A stretch of 64,000 nucleotides of DNA from Malacoraja senta (lineage: Eukaryota). The stretch lies in the NCBI GenBank assembly GCA_038087875.1, contig CM075992.1:4714001-4778000 (forward strand), written 5' to 3'. A model generated the notes under the pieces. That model was not told the origin of the DNA and made no database searches. It saw only the letters and a list, made by a program, of their open reading frames with translations. Made by a program: the position numbers and the translations under genes. Positions 22,925 through 34,812 of this stretch are shown here, piece after piece. Numbering within the stretch: the stretch's first letter is position 1; each line of letters starts with the position of its first letter.

Positions 22925-25900
22925 ATTTCGATTGCATAATAAAGAAAATCACTGCATTCCTCGTATTTTGTTTTATTGGGAAGGTCTTATCTTTGGGGCG
23001 ATCCAACGGTGGAGACCTAGGTTCGATCCTGACCACGGGTGCTGTCTGTATGGATTTTGTACGTTCTCCCCGTGACCTGTGTGGGTTTTCGAAGAAAACA
23101 TCTTCGGTTTCCTCTCACACAAGTCGCACATGTTTGTAGGTTAATTGGCTTGGTGTAAATGTGAGATTGTCCCTAGTGTTCAGAGTGCGGGAATCGCTGG
23201 TAGGTGCGGATTCGGTGGGCCGAAGGTCCCGTTTCCACGCTGTATCGCTAACCTAAACTATAAACTCTAAACTATAGCAGTACGCCTGTCCGGTCAGTTC
23301 CATCTGGTGTGCCAACTCCACTATAATGATAGGAACATGGTGTAGGGTGATATTCTCGAGCATCAAAAGGCCTTTCTTTGGTAAAGTAGGAATTGCTGTG
23401 CAGTTGCTTATACGTGTTTACATGTTCTGTGCTGCAGAATGTAAGAATGTCATTGTTCTATCTGGGATATATGACAATAAAACATCCTTGACAAGGAGTC
23501 GGTACATACAGTTGAGGATTGGTTTGTTGGCAGGTGTACTGAGACGGGAAAGCTTTGCTTGCTATCCAATCATACTATACATGGGAGGAAGGCAAAAATG
23601 CTGGAGAAACTCAGCGGGTGAGGCAGCATCTACAGATGCTGCCTCACCCACTGAGTTTCTCCAGCATTTTTGTCTACCTTTGATTTTCCAGCATCTGCAG
23701 TTCCATCTTAAACTTATCAAGGGTGATCTGTGTGAAACTATTTTGAAATGAAGCATTTAACATTTAAAAAGCTGTTATCAGGCAACTGAAATACCCTATC
23801 ACCAACTAGCAAGCAGTCCTGAGCTACCTTCTATCTCATTGGAGACCTTAGTATGAATTTTAATTGGACATTGTCATGCATTAAACAGTGTTCCCTTTAT
23901 CCTGTATCTGCATTGTGAAGGGCTTGATTGTAATCGTGTACAGTATTTCCATTAACTGGATGGCATGCAACAAAGGTTTTTTGCTGTACCTCAGTACATG
24001 TGACAATAAACTGAAATAAACATCCATAAGTTATAGGAGGAGAATTTGGCCTATCGCGTCCACTCTACCGTTCAATCATAGATGGTCTATCTTTTTCCCC
24101 TCGATCCCATTCTCCTGATTTCTCCACATAACCCTTTTTAATTAAGAATGTCATTATGTCAATCTCCATTGGAAATAAATGATTTGACTTCCACAGCCTT
24201 CTATGGTAATGAATTCTGCAGATGCATCACCCTCTGACTAAAGGAATTATTCATATCCTTTCTAAAGGTACATCCTTTTATAGGGCCTCTGGTCCTAGCC
24301 TCTCCCACTAATGGAAAGATCCACCCTATCCATGCATTTCACTATTTGGTAAGTTTCAATGATCCTTCTAAGCTCCAGTAATACAGGTCCAATGCCCTCA
24401 AACGTTCATCATATATTAACCCAATCATTCTCGTAAACCTCCCCTGGACCCTCTCCAACACCAGCTCATCCTTCCCCTGAGATGGGGCCCAAAACTGCTC
24501 ACAATACTCCAAATGTGGTCTGCCCAGTGCCTTAAAGGCTCAGCATTACATCCCAGTTTTTTGAAATATTCTTGGCCTCGGGAAATAAATGCTGGCATCT
24601 CACATCACAGATTGAACACTGGAATTCTTACTTGTAGAAGCACACTAGAATATATAAAATAGAACACTGTAAACACTATAATAAATGTGTATACTCACTC
24701 ATACACACATGTATGCAATCCCTGCATATTAACACTATCCTACACACCAGGGACAATTTTATTTATACCAAGCTAATTAACCTATAAACCTGTACTTTGG
24801 AGTGTGGTTGGAACTGAAGATCTAAAAAAAAACCTACGCAGGTCAAAGGAAAAACGTGCAAACTCCGTACAGACAGCACCCGTAGTCAGGATCGAACCCT
24901 GGTGCTGTAAGGCAGCAACTCTACTGCTGCGCCACTGTGCCACCCTAAATTGCAGACTCCCATTTCCTCCCACCTCTCAAAGGTGGGTGCTAAGGTTAAT
25001 TGTCCATTGGACATTGTGCTTAGTGTGCAGGTGATTGTTAGAATTTAGGGGATGGGGGTGGATTTTCATGGGAGAAGGTTACAGAGAAAATTGGGAGGAG
25101 GGAAGTGGGAATGGGATTGTACCTTTGTGCTTTTGGCAATGTTGCAAGTCTTCACCGTGTGAGAGATTTGATCTGTATTCTCTGGAATAGGGTGAAAGTA
25201 AATGGAATATTGAAGCTGAAATACAACATGCTCCACTAGATGGAGCTATTGACCACTTGACCAATTGTGTAAAATAATATCACTTGAAAAACAGTCACAC
25301 AACTACTTCAGGGTTTAACAAAAGAAATATTGAGTATTGTTAAGTATTGAGTATTCATAAATAGCGTAATTATGAAATCATTATAGATGAGAGGTAAATT
25401 GATGCATTGAGCATTTTGTCAACCCTTTCTAAATTAATTCTGTTTCTTATGAGAGATAGCTCGTGCAACTCTGGTTCAAGCCCGATGCTGTCTATGTGGA
25501 GTTTGCATCTGAAGATGGGTCTCTACACGAAACGTCACCCATTCCTTCTCTCCAGAGATGCTGCCTGTCCTGCTGAGTTACTCCAGCATTTTGTGTCTAT
25601 CTTCAGTGTAAGCAGCATCTGCAGTTCCTACCTACACATTCTGTTACTAATGGTTGAGTGAGAAAAGTTTTGACCAGAACTCTGACAGAACTTATTGTTC
25701 TTTAACCTCCAATTTGGGAGGAACTGGAGCCCAATTGGATTTTCCAGGACAGACTGCAGCCCCAGCAATCACTTTTCCCGGAACAGAAACGTAGTCAGTA
25801 ATTGTGACATCCAGGGTGTGTGTCCACTAGATGGAAATACGGGACCATGAGCCGCAATATGGATAATACCACAAGGTAGAGCTATTGACCACAATATTCG

Positions 25901-28464
25901 GCACAGCAGGCAAACAATACATTAATAACAGTAACCCCGGTATTTCCTCTCTCTCTATCCCTCCCCCCCCCCCCCCCCCCCCACCAAAGTCGCGCCAGCT
26001 TCTCGTTTTCACCCAATAAACAGCTAACAATGGCCTGTTGCCTTTATCATTATTACTTTTTTGCATTCTTTCATTCATTGTTTGTTATCTCTCCACATCA
26101 TCGTCTATATCTTTTATCCCTCATTAGTCTGAAGAAGGGTCTCGACCCGAAACATCGCCCATTCCTTCTCTCCAGAGATGCTGTCTGTTCCGCTGAGTTA
26201 CTCCAGCTTTTTGTGTCTGTCTTCGGTTTAGACCAGCATTTGCAGTTCCTTCCTACACATTAATAACAGTAGTTATAGGTTACAATTACAGTGCAAACCT
26301 AAAGTCTGTAGTGTAACCAAAGGCACAGAGCACAAACCATCATAGTTGCTGAGTTAATGGTCAATGTTGTGCAGTGTTCAAGAGCTTGTTGAGTAGTTTA
26401 GTTTATTTTAGTTTAGAGATACAGTGTGGAAACAGGCCCTTTGGCCCACAAGTCAATGCCGACCCCAATCGCCCATAAACTAGTTCTATCCTGGGCACAT
26501 TACGGAAGCCAATTAACCTGCATCTAAAATCCCAGAGCTTCCAGGGCATTTAAGCAGGCCCTGGACCCCAACCGCAAGGGTCTTTGAGCTTCGTGCTTGT
26601 GATTTGTGCTGCGTGCAGTTATTTCACATAAAATTTTTGTAATCCTGCCATGCCACCCCCCTTTTTGAAAAGCTTCATACGGGCCTGGTGTATAATATTT
26701 TTGACACTGGCCTTTCTTACACATGCTGTCACAATGCACTGTAGTCTCTAAACAACACCAGTAATTTTCCTTGCCCTCCATTTCAGAATAATAGTGTTTT
26801 AAGCCGATAACTCAAAACTAGCACTGGCAATAAATAAAAAGCGCAGCTTTCCAACCCTTATCTCATTGGCCACGCTCGGCTGCACATCGGTGTCAGTCTG
26901 TTGGACTCTTCCATCTTCCTCTCGTCGTGGGGGATTGGGAGGGGCCTCACAAGTGGAATAGCCTAGGGCCTCTCTTCATCTAAATCCGGCCCTGGTTGTG
27001 GGGCAGCAAATCTACCGCTGCGCTCCCGTGCCACCCCAATGGTTGCTAAGAAGACACTGTTCTTGAACCCGAGTTAAACCCAAGCTTTGATTTATGATTC
27101 ACATGTAAGGCTGCTCCTCAGACAGTGCAGGACCACCTTTATATGGAACGCCCTGCTATGCTGCAGGAACTTTCTGAGTACATAAAACTATAGACCATTG
27201 TGATTAACTGCCTGCAGCAGTAGAGGAAGATTAATAAAAATACACCTTGTACGACAGGTTTACAGCATGATAAAGCTCCTTAACTTAACAGCCTTAATGC
27301 TGTAGGTTCAGAGAAAACCGCACATCAAAAAAACTTCCTGCTTGTTATTTTCAATTTAAAAGGCAATGTAGATTTCAATTTTATTTCTGCTTGCTGTAAT
27401 GTTAAAAAGGACTTTTATTGTGTGAAATTTCTCACTACATTGGTAATACATTCCACACCATAAGATCTGCTTTGCCAGGTAGCAGGAGGCTGGGAGTGCA
27501 ACTTATATAAGGCTTCAGTCAATAACAAATTGTCTATATGCAATCCACTTAACAGAGTCAAAAGCCCCAAGATGCTTCATAGAAGTATATCAGACACACA
27601 TTTGGCATTGAGTTACATAAGAGCTGTAAAAACGTCTGAGAAAGCTGGAGGCTGTTTGGCCCATTGTTTCCGTGCAAGCCAAAGAGGAAAGTCTTGAAGA
27701 AGGGACCCGACCCGAAAGGTCACCTTTTCCTTTTCGCCACAGATGCTGTCTGGCCCGCTGAGTTACTCCGGCATTTTGTGTCTATCTTCAGTTTAAACAA
27801 CATCTGCAGTTCCTTCCTGCACAGGAAAGTCCAACCCGGACTTCAGGTAGAAACGGGGAAATTCAAACACTGATTTACGCAAAAAGACACAAAGTGCTGG
27901 AGTAACCCAGCGGGTCAGGCATTGTCTCTGGAGATCGTTGATAGGTGATGTTTCGGGCGGGACCATTCTTCAGTGTGAAGGGTCTCAACCCAAGACGTCA
28001 CCAATCCATGTCCTCCAAAGATGCTGCCTGACCTGCGGAGTTACTCCAGCATTTCAGGTAGTTACATACCTGGTTTCAACCAGGTTTTCAGGTACGCACA
28101 TTCCTCGCCTCAACCAGAACTTCGGGTACATGCAAGCAAATCCAGCCGGAAATATCAAACCATGTGTGTAGGAAGGAACTACGGATGCTGGTTTATACCG
28201 AAGATAGTGATGTACAAAATGTGTTACACAAAATGTTGAGTAACTCAGCGGGCCAGGCAACATCTCTGGAGGAAAGGAATAGGTAGTGTTTCGTGTCGAG
28301 ACCCTTCTGAGGATGTGGCCTGGGTGATGTGGGTCTCTGATGAGGCTGGCTGCCTTTTTGAGGCAGCGACTCCTGTAGATCCCTTTGACGGTGGGGAGGT
28401 CAGTACCCGTGAAGCAATGCGATTTTGAATTTGAATTGAGGGATATGGGCAAGACGCGGGCAAA

Positions 28465-28848
28465 TGGGGTTAGAAACATAGAGAATAGGTGCAGGAATAG
28501 GCTATTCTGCCCTCTGTGCCAGCACCGCCATTCAATATGATCATGGCTGATCATTCAAAATCAGTACCCCGTTCCTGCTTTCTCCCCATAGCCCTTGATT
28601 CTGTTAGCCCTGAGAGCTATATCTAACTCTCTGTTGAAAACATCCAGGGAATTGGCCTCCTCTGCCTTCTGTGGCAGAGAATTCCACAGATTCACAACTC
28701 TCTGGGTGAAAAGGTTTTTCCTCATCTCAGTCCTAAATGGTCGACCCCTTATTCTTACACTGTGACGTCTGGTTCTGGACTCGCCCAACCTGGGGAACAT
28801 TTTTCCTGCATCTAGCCTATCCAATCCCTTAAGAATTTTATATGTTTG
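28465..28848 (-). mobile_element. CR1/HER1 LINE 3' fragment
   Basis: TYKILKGLDRLDAGKMFP...RVVNLWNSLPQ...GYGEKAGTGY. Confidence 0.9.
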
Positions 28849-28902
28849 CGTAGAAGCAACACCTTGGTCAGCAAGGTGGGCCAAAGAGCTTGTTCCCCTG
28901 CT

Positions 28903-29042
28903 TCTTCTTCTTGCGTATGGCGTGCACAGCCTAAAGTTGTCAGACAACTTGTTCTATTTGATCTTATTTGATTGTGCACGCCAGTTCGATTGCATTCGTC
29001 GAAACAGGGCGGACCAGGGTGAAGGTTGCAATCTCCCACCCC
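28903..29042 (-). mobile_element. Ribozyme-headed short retroposon, copy 1 (HDV-like 5' domain, 3' stem-loop, (AAG)n tail)
   Basis: Starts GGGGTGGGAGATTGCAACCTTCACCCTGGTCCGCCCTGTTTCGACGAATGCAATC. TSD TTCCCCTGCT is at 28893-28902 and 29043-29052. Confidence 0.85.
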
Positions 29043-29558
29043 TTCCCCTGCTCTTTGACTCTATGAGTCTAATTTCTGGAGAGTCCCGTGACAATTCAGA
29101 AATCGCATTTCCGCTCAGTCTAAACACGCATTCGTGTTCTGAACCAAAGTGCACATTACCACGGAATCACATTTCACGCCCAATGTTTTATTTTAATCAT
29201 CTGAAGTTGTGATTCCACACCCCCTCCATAAAAGAAGCTGATTCCTGCTTCTCACTATCTACTGTACTATGCTTTGGAAACCATCCAGCCATGGTATGAT
29301 AAGAGAAACATTTGGTTCTGGTGGAAATACACAAGGAAACCAGCCAACCATTGTGCATTTGCAGCAATAGAGTTGCTGTCTTACAGCGCCAGAGAACCGG
29401 GTTTGATCCTGTACGGAGTTTGTACGTTCTCCCCGTGACCTGCGTGGGTTTTCTCCGAGAGCTCCGGTTTCCTCCCACATTCCAAAGACATACAGGGTTG
29501 TAGGTTAATTGGCTTTGGTAAAAATTGTAAATCGTCCCTAGTGTGTAGGATAGTGTTA

Positions 29559-29880
29559 AGCCCCTGTCCCACTTTCCCGAGATACTCACGAATTCTTCAG
29601 AGTTTTCCCCTTGATTGAAAATCAGAGAATGTCCGTAGCGAGTCTGTAGCGAGTCCATAGGAGGCTGTAGGTGTCCGTAGATATTTAGTTGCGGATCGTA
29701 ATGCCAGCCGTAGGTACCCAGGGCATCGGGTAAGTCGGGACGTTTTTTCAGCATGTTGAAAATTGTCCACTAGTTTAAAAAAAATAGCCCCGAGGTACCT
29801 AAGGCTGGCATCTCCAAGTTTGAATCAAGGGGAAAACGCGGGAGAATTTGTGAGTAACTCTGGAAAGTGGGACAGGGGCT
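29559..29880. mobile_element. MITE nested in an HE1 SINE
   Basis: TIRs AGCCCCTGTCCCACTT / AAGTGGGACAGGGGCT with a TA target. Confidence 0.85.
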
Positions 29881-30910
29881 TAGTGTGTGGGGATCGCTGG
29901 TCAGTGCGGACTCGGTGGGGCAAAGAGCTTGTTTTCGCACTGTATCACCAAACTAAACTAAACTAAAAATGATTCTTGAATAGCCGAGTCCAGAAGCACA
30001 TTGGGGATGGGGCTTGGGAATGACATTGGCATCCAACGAATAAATAAAGTATCTGGACAAGGAGGGCAGCTTAAAAATAATGACGTGTGGAGTCTCTTCA
30101 TTTTGCTTCATCTACTAATTTACACTTAAACCATGCACCCAATTGCCCCCTCCAATCCTTGTTCATCATCTAAACTTGCATCCAATTTCCCCTTCCCCCT
30201 CCCATTCTGCCCATATTCCTTACTCCAGCTTCACAATTTGTGCCTCTTCTATCCTTATCTCACACCTTTTGTCTTTCCATCTCCAGTCTTTGTTCAGGCA
30301 TATGCCAATTACCCGCCCCCCCTTCCCCCACCCCACACCTGTATCCACCTATCACTCGCCAGGCTTCGTCCTGCCCCTCCTCCCATCCAGCTTCCCCCCC
30401 CCCTATACCACAGTCAGTCTGAAGAGAGTCCAGACCTGAAACATCACCAATCCATGTTCTGACATGCTGCCTGACCCACTGAGTTACTCCAGTACTTTGT
30501 GTGTTTTTTCGTAAGCCACTATCAGCAAATCCTTGTGTCAACATCATTCTGTATCCACTGGCACCTTTGAATTCAAAACACACAAGTTTCATAGATTGAC
30601 ACAAGGCAAGATTAAAGTAAGAAACCTAACTAAAAATTGCAACTTAGAACATAATACTTGATAGTGCAGTTCAGAATACCCTATTGAAGGACTTACGAAC
30701 GCAATAATGATTTTAACTTGAAAAACAGTTCAGGTTCAGTTTCATTATTATTGTCATGTGTACCAAGATTCAGTGAATTGTTTGTGTTCTATCCAATCAA
30801 ATTGGATAATACTATGTTTAGTTTAGAGATACTGCATGGAAACGGGCCCGTCAGCCCACCAAGTCCACACCGACCAGCGATCACCCGTATGCTAGTTCTA
30901 TCCTACACAC

Positions 30911-31300
30911 CAAAGATCCTATAGCGGAGCAAGATAGACCTGCTAAATGCAATGGGCTGACGTGTAGTACGCAACGGAACAGAACGTGGGCCTTTTTTTC
31001 ATCCATTTCCGTAACTGGACCCGACCCGACTCGCAGTGTAATCAATGTTGCGGGGGAACAGTTTGGGTTAATAAATTAAAAATCTGAAAATGAGGAGAAG
31101 ATTTTTACCAAATAACTTTTATTTTTACGAGGATGTTTCTGTAACCGGCTTCCGTCTCCGCACTATTATCCTATGGGATCTTTGGTGCGGAGACGGAAAC
31201 TGGTTATGGAAATGGGGCCGAAAATTACCCATGAATCTGCCCATGACCGTACTACGTCTTTTTTGTCGAGTGGACCATCTTGCTCGCTATAGGATCTTTG
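30911..31300. mobile_element. Non-autonomous DNA transposon with 8-bp TSD (hAT or P superfamily)
   Basis: TIRs CAAAGATCCTATAGCG / CGCTATAGGATCTTTG. TSD CTACACAC is at 30903-30910 and 31301-31308. Confidence 0.9.
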
Positions 31301-33546
31301 CTACACACTAGGGACAATTTACATAAGCCAATTAACCTATGAACCTGGAGTGTGGGGGGAAACCGAAGATCTCGGAGAATACCCACCTGGTCACGGGGAG
31401 AACGTACAAACTCTGTACAGAAAGCACCCATCGTCGGGATGGAGCCCGGGTCTCTGGCGCTGCAAGCGCTGTAAGGCAGCAATTCTACCGCTGCACCACC
31501 GTGCCAATCTGAACCGCCTTTCTAAAGGTAGTCCTTTAATTCAGTGGATATGGCCTCTGGTCCACTTATATATGAACTTGTTGCTGTTCAACCAACAGTT
31601 GGCAATTGATTAAGTTACCATATCCCAGGAACTCAACTTCACTGCATCGTTAGGTAACTTTGCCAGTATCAAGCTACAAAAAGATTGTGGAAGGACAGTG
31701 GATAATCTTGAGGTTATGGGTTGAAGGGTTCAATGAGGTTTGGAGGGTGGCCACATACAATGGTCCACCATAGGTTCCTGTTCCAACCCCACTTTCACGC
31801 TATTTAACTTTAGACTTTGGAGATACAGTGGAAACAGGACCTTCTGCCCACTGAGTCCACACCAACCAGCGATCACCCCCTTACATTAACACTACCTTAC
31901 ACATTAGGGACATTCTTTACTGAAGCCAATTAATCTACAAACCTGAGAAGGGTCTCGACCCGAAACGTTGCCCTATCCGTCTCTCCAGAGATGATGCCTT
32001 TACCGCTGAGTTACTCCAGCGTTTTGCATCTGTCACGCTAGGGGATTCTACTGCGTTCCTGTGGGTAGACTCTCTCTGCTGTGTTGCCATGGAGTGAAAG
32101 GAAAAAACTGCTGAGTGGTTTCAACCAGCTCGATGTCTTTGACCTTGATGTTAAAACCACTTCAAAGATGGAGTTTACGTCAAACAGTTAAGGACAAGGC
32201 AAGATTTGTAGAATAACAATGTACCCTGGTTTTGATAGTCGTCGTGAGGGTTTCTGTGACAAAGAAATAGTGAGAATGTGTTCCGATGTAGGAATATGTG
32301 AACAACTGTGCCAACTGTCAATAGAGTGCTCGGCTGTTATTTTGCAAACTGTGGGTTTATTGCGTTTCATCTCTAACGTACGATTAAAAGAACCAACTGT
32401 GATAGAAAAGTCACGAATTGCATGCAACTTCAGAATCAGAAATATCCTGCCTTTAGTTTAAGGTGGATAAAAAATGCTAGTGAAACTCAGCGGGTGAGGC
32501 AGCATCTATGGAGCGAAGGAAATAGGTGATGTTTCGGGTCGAGACCCTTCTTCAGACTGATTAGTTTAGTTTGGTTTAGTTTAGAGATACAGCCCAGAAG
32601 CGGGCCCTGGATAACCCACCGAGTCCACACCAGCCAGCGATCCCCGCACATTAACACTATCCTACGCACTATCCCACAGGGATAATTTACACTTATACCA
32701 GGCCAATTAACCTACAAACCGGTATGTCTTCGGAGTGTGGGAGGAAACCGAAGGTCTTTGGGGAAAGTCATGGGGAGAACGTATAAACTACAGCCCCCGT
32801 AGTCGGGATTGAACCAGGTCTCTGGTGCTGCAATTGCTGCAAGGCAGCAACTCTACTGCAGCGCCACCGTGACACCCTCCGTGTATATATTCTGCAAAAT
32901 ATCTCTTTCTTTTATTTCTACCTTCACTGACTTTAATCCAGGTCCAACATTTTCCCTGCTGTATTTTATTCAAGGAAAAGGGAGAGTGTGGGGTTGTGGA
33001 AATGACTTTCCTTTGATTCATTTCTAGGAAGTAGGCAGCAGGTATATGGAGCGGGTTGCCAGAGGAGGCAGTTGAGGCAGGTACTATCATAATGTTTAAG
33101 AGACATATGGACAGGCACATGGATAGGATTACAGCGGTAGAAACCCGGGTTTGATCCTGACTACGTGTGCTGTCCGTATGGAGTTTGTACGTTCTCCCCG
33201 TGACCGCGTGGGCTTTCTCTGGGTGCTCCGGTTTCCTCCCACACTCCAAAGACGTACAGGTTTGTAGGTTAATTGGCTTCGGTAAAAATTGTAAAATTCA
33301 CACTAGTGTGTACAATAGTGCTAGTGTACGGAGTGATAGCTGGTCGGCATGGACTCAGTGGGCCGAAAGGCCTGTTCCCGTGCTGCATCTCTAAAGTCTA
33401 AAAGTCTAAAGTTAAATTTCTTTCTGATTATGGTTACATCACTAACATCACTAATTAGCCCAATTGCACTCATTAGTCCATTAGTCATATGTTTCCTGGT
33501 GAGCTGGCTAACTTTGACCTCTGTTATAGGCCTTCAAGAAAATGAT

Positions 33547-33851
33547 TATTTACTTACTGCCTATTATGCCTCCTGGCATGTCGGGCAGCAACGGAGATCC
33601 TCCACTCAGTGGTGTTGATTCCTTCAGTTGCTGTTTCCGTAACATATGTGTTTTACGAGACAGGGTTGTTAGCCCTGTGCTCAACTTCCAACCTGGAGGA
33701 CCAGTGGATCGCTCTTCGTCTCGCCTCTACCCTTCGACCTGTCCAGCATGGGAGACCCTAACAGGAGACGAATCTCCCGCTGGCATAGCTCTAGGGGTCA
33801 CTGAGACACACAAGCTCCCCGACCACGACAAGGTTGCAATCCAACGGGGAG
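33547..33851 (-). mobile_element. RTE-derived short non-autonomous element with 5' HDV-like fold
   Basis: RTE/BovB-like 5' UTR motifs (CCTTGTCGTGG...GAGCTATGCC...GATCCACTGG) and a (TAAG/TAAA) tail. The 12-bp TSD CAAGAAAATGAT is at 33535-33546 and 33852-33863. Confidence 0.8.
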
Positions 33852-34467
33852 CAAGAAAATGATGGTGAGGTGTTTGCTTGATGGACATCAATATATTAGT
33901 GAGGATGTTTAGTAAAGAAGGCGTATGCTATGGTCACCATCAGTGGTCGGGGCATTGAGTGTAAGAGGCAGGAAGTCAAGATGCATCTTTCCATGACCAG
34001 TTAGACCGCATTTGGAGTATTGCGTACAGTTCTGTCAGCAGGAAAGATGTGGACGCTTTGGAGAGGGGGCAGAAGAGGTTTACCAGAATGCGGCCTGGAT
34101 CAGAGGGCATTAGATGTAAGGAGAAGTGGATGTAGGGAGGGGGAACCTGATGAAAGTATGTTAAATCATGAGAGGCATAGATAGGGCAGACAGTCAGAAT
34201 CTTTTTCCCAGGGTGGAAATGTTGTAGATTAGAGGGCATGGGTTTAAGGCGAAAGGGGCAGTTTAAAAGAGATGTGCATGGCAAAGTGTTAACACAGAAG
34301 ATGGTGGGTGCCTGGATTGCGCTGCCAAGGCTGGTGGTGGAGGCAGATACGAATTGAGAGGCTTTTAGATTGGCAATGGATATACAGGGAATGGAGGGAT
34401 ATGGATCATCTACATGAGATGGCTTTTCTGGGCAGATGAGATTAGATTAGCTCAGTATCATGTTCAT

Positions 34468-34812
34468 CGCGCAATGGCGCAATGGGCTAAGTGTTCGGCT
34501 GGCAACCGGAAGGTAGCCGGTTCGAATCCCGCTTGGAGTGCATACTGTCGTTGTGTCCTTGGGCAAGACACTTCACCCACCTTTGCCTGCGTGTGAATGT
34601 GTGTGTGTGAGTGATTGGTGGTGGTCGGAGGGGCCGTAGGCGCAGATTAGCAGCCACGCTTCCGTCAGTCTGCCCCAGGGTAGCTGTGGCTACAGAAGTA
34701 GCTCACCACCACCGAGTGTGACTGAGGAGTGAATGAATAATGCGATGTAAAGCGCCTTGAGTATTAGAAAGCCGCTATATAAATGCCATCCATTATTATT
34801 ATTATTATTATT
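34468..34812 (+). mobile_element. tRNA-derived CORE-type SINE with L2-like tail (resembles teleost AFC-type SINEs)
   Basis: A/B boxes (TGGCGCAATGG, GGTTCGAATCC), GTGTCCTTGGGCAAGACACTT core, TGTAAAGCGCCTTGAG...CGCTATATAAAT end and (ATT)n tail. Confidence 0.8.

Noticed and set aside
32188..32461. Overlapping ~80-aa ORFs on both strands in unique DNA
   Set aside because: No recognisable domain or partner exons.
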